From: Candidatus Hydrogenedentota bacterium
GTDB lineage: Bacteria; Hydrogenedentota; Hydrogenedentia; Hydrogenedentales; SLHB01
Length of the DNA stretch: 64,000 nt
Assembly: GCA_045863295.1 (NCBI GenBank)
Contig: BTWA01000003.1
Location: forward strand, 64,001-128,000
Direction of reading: 5' to 3'
Made by a program: the position numbers and the translations under genes. Under the pieces are notes generated by a model that made no database searches, was not told the DNA's origin, and was given only the letters and a program-made list of their open reading frames with translations. Positions 56,864-64,000 of this stretch are shown one piece after another. The number at the start of each line of letters is the position of its first letter. The first letter of the stretch is position 1.

Positions 56864-57787
56864 ATGGCGAGGACGCCGTATGGAATTGGCGTAGACTTGG
56901 GCGGCAGCCGGATCAAAGCAGCCGCGGTGGACGAGGACGGGCGCGTCGTCGAGCAGCGAATTGTTCCCACGTTCGAAAGGTATGCCTCCAGTAGCGATTC
57001 GGTTCCGGTTTGGGCAGGGGGAACCGCCGATCTGGTGAGTACGCTGGAGTCGGCCGTAGGGTACCGTGCGTCACGCATCGGGCTGGCTGCGCCGGGCCTG
57101 GCCGCGGCGGACGGGCGATCGGTCGCGTTTCTTCCCGGACGGTTGGAGGGGCTGGAGGGATTCGACTGGACAGCCTTTCTGGGCCGCGACGCCGTCACGC
57201 CGGTGATGAACGATGCGCAGGCGGCGCTGTTGGGAGAGATGTGGATTGGCGCGGGCCGGGGCCTTCAAGACGCGATTCTGCTGACTCTGGGCACAGGGGT
57301 GGGTGGAGCGATTATGTCGGGCGGCCGGGTTTTGCATGGTGCGATTGGGCGCGCGGGTCATCTGGGTCATATCTGCCTCGATGTTCATGGCGCGCCCGGT
57401 ATTACCAACATCCCGGGGAGTTTGGAAGAAGCCATTGGCGAGTGTTCGATATTGCGGCGAAGCAAGGGCCGTTTTGAGTCCACCCGATTGCTTGTCGATG
57501 CGGCGCGGGGTGGCGACGCGGAGGCGGCGCGCTGGTGGTCCGAGTCGGTTCGGTCGCTTGCCTGCGCGATTGCGTCGTACATCAACATACTCGATCCTCA
57601 AACCGTTATACTGGGCGGAGGCAACGCGCAACTTGGGGCGGCGTTGTTCGATCCGTTGTCACTTGAGTTGGATTCCATGGAATGGCGGCCCGGTGGGCAT
57701 TGCACGCCGGTGATTCCGGCGGCGCTTGGGGAATTGGCCGGCGCGATCGGCGCGGCCCGGAACGCCATGTTGCATGGACTGCATTGA
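56864..57787 (+). CDS. ROK family sugar kinase
   Basis: GVDLGGS, NDAQAA..GE, LGTGVGG and GHLGH motifs. Confidence 0.85.
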   Translation: MARTPYGIGVDLGGSRIKAAAVDEDGRVVEQRIVPTFERYASSSDSVPVWAGGTADLVSTLESAVGYRASRIGLAAPGLAAADGRSVAFLPGRLEGLEGFDWTAFLGRDAVTPVMNDAQAALLGEMWIGAGRGLQDAILLTLGTGVGGAIMSGGRVLHGAIGRAGHLGHICLDVHGAPGITNIPGSLEEAIGECSILRRSKGRFESTRLLVDAARGGDAEAARWWSESVRSLACAIASYINILDPQTVILGGGNAQLGAALFDPLSLELDSMEWRPGGHCTPVIPAALGELAGAIGAARNAMLHGLH

Positions 57788-57807
57788 TTTCATGGAGAGG
57801 CCGTTGC

Positions 57808-58887
57808 ATGTCGAAAACGTGGCGTATCGCCGGGATCAATTTTGACCACTCGCACATGGGCGACAATTTGCGCATGGCGCATGAGCATCCGCAGGCGGAG
57901 ATAGTGGGTGTCTGTCATTCGGAGCCGGGTGCGATGGAGCCCACGATCGCAGCGCTTTCCATTGCGCGGGATCGCGTGTTTACGGACTATCGGGAATGCA
58001 TCGAGAAGACCAAGCCCGACATCGTGGTGTTGTGCCCGGCGACCGCCTACCACGCGGAATGGGTTGAGAACGTTGCACCTTTCGGCACGGCCATTCTGCT
58101 GGAGAAGCCGTTTGCGTCGACGCTTGGGGAAGCGGACCGGATTCTGGCGGTAACTGAGTCGAACGGAAATGTATTGGCCATCAACTGGCCGTTGCGCTGG
58201 TATCCGAGCCATGTCACGGCGAAACGCCTGGTGGACGAAGGGACTGTCGGCGACGTGACCGAGGTTCACTACTACGACGGCAACCGAGGACCGCTTTGGC
58301 ATGTTGCCGACAAGATTACAACCGATTCGGCCTACGTGGCGCGGGAGAAGTCGAAGAGTTGGTTTTATCAGCGGTCCGCGGGCGGCGGATCGCTGCTGGA
58401 CTATCTTGGGTATGGCACGACTTTGGGCACCTGGTATCACGGAGGCAAAGCGCCGTTGGAAGTGACGACTGTGGTCGATGAGCCCGCGGATTTGGAGGTG
58501 GATGAACACAGCATCACGGTGGCGCGGTACTCGTGCGGGCTCTCCAAATTTGAAACGCGCTGGGGCACGTTCAGCGATCCCTGGACGCATCAGCCGCAGC
58601 CCAAGTGCGGTTTCGTGATCAAGGGGACTTTGGGTACGATCAGCAGCTACGACTACGAGCCCAGTATCCGTGTACAGACCGCGGATCGGCCGGAAGGTTT
58701 TGATTTGCCGGTGGACCCGTTGCGTCCGCCGTATCAGAACCCGGTGCAGTACTTGATTCAATGCCTGGGTGCGGGGAGCCCCGTGGAGGGTCCACTTTCG
58801 CCCGCGATGTGCCGCGTAGGTCAACAAATTGTGGACACCGCAGTGCTGAGCGCGCGAGAAAAGCGAACCGTGGCGTTGTTGCCCTAG
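57808..58887 (+). CDS. Gfo/Idh/MocA family oxidoreductase
   Basis: DYRE....PDIV, LLEKP and GGGSLLDYLGY motifs. Confidence 0.85.
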   Translation: MSKTWRIAGINFDHSHMGDNLRMAHEHPQAEIVGVCHSEPGAMEPTIAALSIARDRVFTDYRECIEKTKPDIVVLCPATAYHAEWVENVAPFGTAILLEKPFASTLGEADRILAVTESNGNVLAINWPLRWYPSHVTAKRLVDEGTVGDVTEVHYYDGNRGPLWHVADKITTDSAYVAREKSKSWFYQRSAGGGSLLDYLGYGTTLGTWYHGGKAPLEVTTVVDEPADLEVDEHSITVARYSCGLSKFETRWGTFSDPWTHQPQPKCGFVIKGTLGTISSYDYEPSIRVQTADRPEGFDLPVDPLRPPYQNPVQYLIQCLGAGSPVEGPLSPAMCRVGQQIVDTAVLSAREKRTVALLP

Positions 58888-59089
58888 CCCGGATATTTCA
58901 CGACTTTGTCCAATTAACTGTGTACCAACAATTCAATCGGCTTGTTACCAAAACTGGCGCACCTACAGTGTGCAAGTGAAACATCCTCAGCGTTTCAAGC
59001 TCTAGGAATTCTGTGTGAGCAATTTGCACCACGGAGACTGTACTTCAGTCTTCCACGCACGAATCAAGCGTGGTGCATAATGCGGGTTA
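58885..59089. mobile_element. MITE-like non-autonomous element, copy 2 (205 bp including flanking TA)
   Basis: Same sequence as 45504-45756 with about 14 substitutions by eye and only one 24-bp unit. Confidence 0.7.
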
Positions 59090-59096
59090 GCGCCTC

Positions 59097-60365
59097 TTAC
59101 TTGGCGACGGGTTCGAGCACGTCGGAATCCGCTGGCACGATTGCCTCGCCACCGCCCACGACGACAACGCCGTTTGGCGTCACGTGATACCGTTTGCGAT
59201 CTTCGTCGAGGTCGTAGCCGATGACGGCATTTGCGGGGATTTCCACGTTCTTCTCGATGATGGCCCGTCGAATACGGGCGTGTCTTCCAACCGTTGCGCC
59301 GGGAAACAGGATGGATTCGCGCACGCTGGAATAGCTGTTGACGCGCACGTCGGGACCGAGCACGGACCGCTTCACGATGCCGCCGCTGATGATGCAGCCG
59401 GCGCTGACGATTGAGTCCACGGCCGCGCCGTACCGCACCCCCTCCTGGGCGAAGACAAACTTTGCTGGAGGCGAGGCCGGTATAAGCGTATGAATGGGCC
59501 AATTGCGATCATAGAGATTAAACATGGGATCGACCTGGACCAGATCCATGTTTGCTTCCCAGTATGAATCGAGCGTGCCGACGTCGCGCCAGTATTGGGC
59601 TTCCTTTCTGTTCTCATCCTGAAACATGTAGGCGAATACGCGATTCTTTCCAATCATGCCAGGGATGACGTCGCGGCCAAAATCGTGCGTGCTGCGGCGC
59701 TCGTGATCTTCCCGGCAGGCTTTCTTGAGCACCTCGGTACTGAATACGTAAATGCCCATGGAGGCGAGGGCACTGTCCGGACGGCCTGGCGCGGGCGTGG
59801 GGTGCGAAGGTTTTTCCTCGAAGCCGGTCACCTGACCCGTAAAGTCCACTTCCAACACGCCGAACCGGTGCGCGTCGCGCAGCGGCATTTGAATGGTGGC
59901 CACCGTGACGTCGGCCTTGTTTCGCCGGTGGTGTTCGACCATACGGGCGTAATCCATTTTATAAATGTGATCGCCCGCGAGTATGAGCACTTCGCGCGGC
60001 TGTACGGGGTCGATCGAGTAGAGATTCTGGTAAATGGCATCCGCGGTGCCTTGATACCAGTCATCGCCGACACGTTTTTGCGCGGAGATGACCTCAATAA
60101 ACTCACCCAACGCGGGGTGGAGCATGTTCCAGCCTTGCCGAATGTGGCGGCTCAGACTTAAATGTTTGTATTGAACAAGCACGAGAATGCGCCGGCATTG
60201 GGAATTGATGCAGTTGGACAGCGTGAAATCGATAAGCCTGTAGATGCCGCCAAAGGGGACGGCGGGTTTCGCCCGGTTGAGCGTGAGCGGATAAAGCCGT
60301 TCACCGACGCCGCCGGCCAACACCACGGCAAGGACATCTTTCATTGTGGCGTGGAGGCTAAGCAT
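59097..60365 (-). CDS. glgC: Glucose-1-phosphate adenylyltransferase
   Basis: LAGG.GERLYPLT..RAKPAVPFGG, WYQGTADA, GDHIYKMDY and YWRDVGT motifs. Confidence 0.95.
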   Translation of the reverse strand: MLSLHATMKDVLAVVLAGGVGERLYPLTLNRAKPAVPFGGIYRLIDFTLSNCINSQCRRILVLVQYKHLSLSRHIRQGWNMLHPALGEFIEVISAQKRVGDDWYQGTADAIYQNLYSIDPVQPREVLILAGDHIYKMDYARMVEHHRRNKADVTVATIQMPLRDAHRFGVLEVDFTGQVTGFEEKPSHPTPAPGRPDSALASMGIYVFSTEVLKKACREDHERRSTHDFGRDVIPGMIGKNRVFAYMFQDENRKEAQYWRDVGTLDSYWEANMDLVQVDPMFNLYDRNWPIHTLIPASPPAKFVFAQEGVRYGAAVDSIVSAGCIISGGIVKRSVLGPDVRVNSYSSVRESILFPGATVGRHARIRRAIIEKNVEIPANAVIGYDLDEDRKRYHVTPNGVVVVGGGEAIVPADSDVLEPVAK

Positions 60366-60993
60366 GTAAGTCCTCCCAGCCGATAAAGGCGCGGCATGGA
60401 GCGCCATCCGCCCCCTCAAGGGGCAGAGGCAACACGGTGAACCAGCAGTCACCCGCCGGCACGCCCATGAGACGCAGCCCTTCCACTATCAATACGTTGT
60501 TCTGCAAGAGGATGTGATGCGTTGGCTGGCCGGGCTGTTTGTAGGGGGCGACGGACAACGCATCCACACCCACAAGGCGAACGCCCTCGTCCACCATACG
60601 CTGTGCGGCATCCGGATCCAACGCAACATAATCGGTCCGGAAAGGGTCTGAAGGAAACGAGGAATTATCTGTTTTGATTAGAATTCGGGGCGGCAGATTC
60701 GCCTTGCCCAAGTCTTCCGCGGTGACGATCACTTTTCCTGTGCAGTCGATGACTGCCGCTTCTCCGAAGAACAGGTTTTTCGGTACCTGGTCAAGACGCG
60801 CGCCGTCATTTTCAAAATGCCAGGGTGCATCCACGTGGGAACCACAGTGGGTGCTCAACGTGATGGCGGAAACGTTAGTTGACGCGCCATTGTCGATACG
60901 GGAACTGGGTGCGATAGAATACGGCACGTCGCCGGGCCATACGGTCATCCCTTCGCGAATTGGAATGCTGACATCGTGCCAAACGAGGCCCAT
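60358..60993 (-). CDS. Cyclase family metal-dependent hydrolase (KynB-like)
   Basis: HCGSHVDAPWHF (HxGTHxDxPxH) motif, plus VEGL and GADGAPCRA. Confidence 0.85.
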   Translation of the reverse strand: MGLVWHDVSIPIREGMTVWPGDVPYSIAPSSRIDNGASTNVSAITLSTHCGSHVDAPWHFENDGARLDQVPKNLFFGEAAVIDCTGKVIVTAEDLGKANLPPRILIKTDNSSFPSDPFRTDYVALDPDAAQRMVDEGVRLVGVDALSVAPYKQPGQPTHHILLQNNVLIVEGLRLMGVPAGDCWFTVLPLPLEGADGAPCRAFIGWEDLHA

Positions 60994-61224
60994 AGAAGGC
61001 CGCCCCCCTTTCGAATGCGGGCAAGTTGCGCCGAGGTTGCCATACCAGGGGTATCTTGCAGGAAACACGATCCGAGCGACGTGACCGAATAAGGGCCGCG
61101 CCTGTCAAATCCCATATAACCCAGATGAATTATGCCACACGATTGTGATTTTGTCAGTAGGAATTCACCGCAAATGACCATACGATTTATTGGTATGCCT
61201 GTTCGAGGAGTTCGCCCTGCGGCA

Positions 61225-61611
61225 TCAAGGACCGCTTTTCCGCTTTTCCAGGGCGTCGACAGACTTGGCTAAGAGCGCCACCTCCTGAGCCAATGTGCGG
61301 TTTCGTTCTGACAGGCGCGATATTACTACGGTAAAGCTCAGCACGATACCGAGTGTGAAGATGAAATACATTGCGAACAAGAGCGTCAGATACTGGAAGT
61401 GCAGCCAGTTGGACACCGCCACGATGATATTCGGAAAGACTCCAACCACAAGCCCTGCCCCAGACGTAACCAGCCACAACAAGGCGTAGCGTTCCTTGAG
61501 GTAGCCGCGCCTGACCAGTTCCAGTACCGCTGCCAGTAATGCCAGGCTCAACAGCAGCAAGCCGATTCGGTGTGCGGGATGGATACCCATGAGTTGGTAT
61601 TCAGGTGGCAT
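61225..61611 (-). CDS. DUF2304-family membrane protein
   Basis: ELVRR..LKERYALLW and LAQEVALL motifs; downstream of a DPM-like GT2. Confidence 0.75.
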   Translation of the reverse strand: MPPEYQLMGIHPAHRIGLLLLSLALLAAVLELVRRGYLKERYALLWLVTSGAGLVVGVFPNIIVAVSNWLHFQYLTLLFAMYFIFTLGIVLSFTVVISRLSERNRTLAQEVALLAKSVDALEKRKSGP

Positions 61612-62329
61612 CGGTATCTCCGGGTCGTGCCGTGTATTTCCGGAACACATCGATGAAGATGGCCAATCCGACTTTGACCATATAGTACACGGCCCGCAGA
61701 GGCGTAATGGACGTGCGGCCGCCTTGGCGCGGGTTCATATCCACCGGTACTTCGACAGCGCGCAGGCCGTGTTTGTGCAGAATAACCAGCGCCTCCGCCT
61801 CGGGGTAGTCGTCGGGATAATGGTGGGCGAAGACTTTTAGCGCCTTCCGGTTGGCGGCGCGGAACCCGCTTGTGGTGTCGGTGATGCCTCCACCGACTAC
61901 GGTATCTACCAGCCGGGACAGCATCGATTTGCCGATGCGCCGGAACACCGAAGGGGTGTATTCGGAATCGGCGACGAATCGCGAGCCAATCACCAGATCA
62001 CAGTCTCCCTGTTCCAGCCGCGACAGTAGTCGCGGAATCTGATGCGCTGGGTGTTGACCGTCGGCGTCGCATTGTATGGCGACGTCGAATCCCTCACGGA
62101 CGGCATATTTGAATCCGGTTTGCACCGCGCTGCCAATCCCCATGTTGAACGGCAGTCGAATCAAGTTGACGCCATCCATGCTCCGCACAATGGCCGCAGT
62201 CGCGTCCGCCGATCCGTCATCTATTACAAGGATAGCGCCATTGGGGACGTGCGCTTTCAGTGAAGCTACAACATCTGCAATGGTATCTGCTTCGTTGTAC
62301 GCGGGAATAATAATTAGAATCCGCATCAT
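61601..62329 (-). CDS. Glycosyltransferase family 2 (DPM1-like)
   Basis: IIIPAYNE, IDDGS.D, DADGQH, IGSRF and DTTSGFRA motifs. Confidence 0.9.
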   Translation of the reverse strand: MMRILIIIPAYNEADTIADVVASLKAHVPNGAILVIDDGSADATAAIVRSMDGVNLIRLPFNMGIGSAVQTGFKYAVREGFDVAIQCDADGQHPAHQIPRLLSRLEQGDCDLVIGSRFVADSEYTPSVFRRIGKSMLSRLVDTVVGGGITDTTSGFRAANRKALKVFAHHYPDDYPEAEALVILHKHGLRAVEVPVDMNPRQGGRTSITPLRAVYYMVKVGLAIFIDVFRKYTARPGDTDAT

Positions 62330-63393
62330 GATCGGCGTTCCCGAACAAACGTCCCATAGTAGGCCAGGCCGGCAATCAGGCCGAGTCCGCGCGCAACATC
62401 GCGGAAGAAGTATAGCGGCCACGCCCAAAAAGTACCGAGGTACTTATACTCGTTCTGGGCATTATGCATCATGACGTTTCTCTGCAATCGATATCGCACG
62501 CGAGAAAAAAAGATAGAAACCGGAAGCATCACCACGATACACGCAAGCACCGCGAGTTTGCCAAAGGCACCAATTGGAGATTCCAGATCGAACGCTCTCC
62601 CGGCTATCTCAACACTGACAGACACTATAACGAGCAAATAGAAGAATAGCTCTAAAATGGCCGCGGGCGGCGCCCACAATTCGGCCTTGCCCGCGTATTG
62701 ATCGCCGCTGCGCCGGTTCGGGTGATTCACGTAAATCTTCACCCGCCAGAAACCGTGCCGCGCCTGAGTGCGCAGGTAGTTCCACATTTTGTCGGGGTGA
62801 TGATGGGCCACACGAGCCTCTTTTATAAACCGCAAGATACCGCCGTTGTCCTGCAACCGGTAGGCGAGATCATTATCCTCGCCGGAAGCCTTTTTGAATG
62901 TTTCGTCGAAACCTCCGGCGAGATCATACGCGGACTTGAGATAGGCCACGTTGAATGAACCCAGGAAGTCGACCTCCGTTTCGAACAGAGCATGCCTATA
63001 CTCTATTTCGGCCTGTATCAGGCCCGCGAGCACGCTTTCCGGATTGGCAATGGTATAGGTGCCACCGACTCCGACGACGCCCTCGCCAAATCCGCTGACC
63101 AAATGCTCAATCCAATCAGTTTCCGGTATGCAGTCGCTGTCGGTAAACGCGATGATGTCGCTATCCGCGATTCTGGATCCGTGATTGCGCGCGGCAGCCG
63201 GCCCTCCATTTTCCTGATAGATGTACGTTACCGGAAAGCTCTTGGATACGTCTGCTGTATCGTCGGTGGATCCGTCGTCAACGACGATGACATCGTCGAT
63301 GGGATAGGACTGGTTCAAACAAGCGTCGATACACGCCGCTATCGTACTTCCGGCATTATATGCGGGGATTATAATCGCTACGGTTGGCTGCAC
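62326..63393 (-). CDS. Glycosyltransferase family 2 with C-terminal TM helices
   Basis: IIIPAYN, VDDGSTD, GPAAARN, FTDSD and GEDNDL motifs. Confidence 0.9.
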   Translation of the reverse strand: MQPTVAIIIPAYNAGSTIAACIDACLNQSYPIDDVIVVDDGSTDDTADVSKSFPVTYIYQENGGPAAARNHGSRIADSDIIAFTDSDCIPETDWIEHLVSGFGEGVVGVGGTYTIANPESVLAGLIQAEIEYRHALFETEVDFLGSFNVAYLKSAYDLAGGFDETFKKASGEDNDLAYRLQDNGGILRFIKEARVAHHHPDKMWNYLRTQARHGFWRVKIYVNHPNRRSGDQYAGKAELWAPPAAILELFFYLLVIVSVSVEIAGRAFDLESPIGAFGKLAVLACIVVMLPVSIFFSRVRYRLQRNVMMHNAQNEYKYLGTFWAWPLYFFRDVARGLGLIAGLAYYGTFVRERRS

Positions 63394-63401
63394 GCCTTCC
63401 C

Positions 63402-64000
63402 CTACTTTGCGTTTGCGTCGTCAACGCGCTGGCTCCAGAATGCTTCGGCCTTGTTGTGATACGCGATTACCTCGGCAAGTTTTTCCGGATCGTCGTGCTT
63501 TACTCTTTCCCGGCGCTCGCGAGTCCAATCGAGAAAGAATTGCGCGGATTCGCGGCTGACACGACGGGGATTCTCGCCGATCTCCACATAAAAGGGTGCC
63601 GAGGAGGCGAAACGAAATGTATGTTGAACATCCGCGATAACCCGCACAAGAAACCAACCGCTGTCTTCAAATGCGACAGACGCCAAAAATCCATCAGCGG
63701 CGACATCCTCCCTCGCGACGGTATGGGTTACTCGCCCGTTTTTTACAATTTCTATCGTGGTGTACGGGTCTCGCGCGATAATTTCCGCGGACACATCCAC
63801 ACTCAGGGGGGAGGCGGACTTAAACACATGTCCCGGCAATTCGCCGCTGGCGGCTGCCAACAGCAAGGGTCCGTTCGTGACGAAACTTCTCCCGGCAAGC
63901 AGCCCCTTCCACCACTTCTCATAAGTCAACTCGCCATCCAATTGCACATAAACGCGGTTGTATCCCACGGGATTGGGCAGCACACCGGACGCACTTCCGG
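63402..64000 (-). CDS. CehA/McbA-family metallohydrolase, 3' part (truncated by the window edge)
   Basis: Open to the window end: GSASGVLPNPVGYNRVYV...GRSFVTNGP, similar to the C-terminus of 52301-54448. Confidence 0.7.
   Translation of the reverse strand, partial: GSASGVLPNPVGYNRVYVQLDGELTYEKWWKGLLAGRSFVTNGPLLLAAASGELPGHVFKSASPLSVDVSAEIIARDPYTTIEIVKNGRVTHTVAREDVAADGFLASVAFEDSGWFLVRVIADVQHTFRFASSAPFYVEIGENPRRVSRESAQFFLDWTRERRERVKHDDPEKLAEVIAYHNKAEAFWSQRVDDANAK

Overview
Bacterial chromosomal window, about 58-60% GC by eye and densely coding, with no CRISPR array, rRNA, prophage or transposase. The gene repertoire (Planctomycete-type cytochrome c domain, large membrane-anchored ECF sigma, CehA/McbA-like hydrolases, sulfatase) suggests a Hydrogenedentes/Planctomycete-like diderm; this is inference only. 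Ordinary content includes tRNA-Thr/tRNA-Phe, a Ser/Thr kinase, a P1B ATPase, trxB, DsbD, YyaL, rpe/rbsK, glgC, transporters and glycosyltransferases. Five things stand out. (1) At 1.09-2.33 kb is an array of four 25-32 aa Trp-rich hydrophobic micro-genes that the ORF track missed. Each has an AGGAGG RBS, and three have a near-consensus sigma70 promoter. (2) An operon encodes a mini-Skp-like protein, a TPR lipoprotein and two tandem secretins that lack N-domains (31.9-35.7 kb). (3) Two coupled paralogues fuse a degenerate radical-SAM-like barrel and Cys cluster to a GT2 domain (46.8-51.5 kb). (4) A TA-flanked MITE-like element occurs twice, with a variable 24-bp internal repeat. (5) Strand skew appears to switch from C-rich to G-rich at about 36.1 kb. 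All family calls are motif recognition by eye; no database searches were run.
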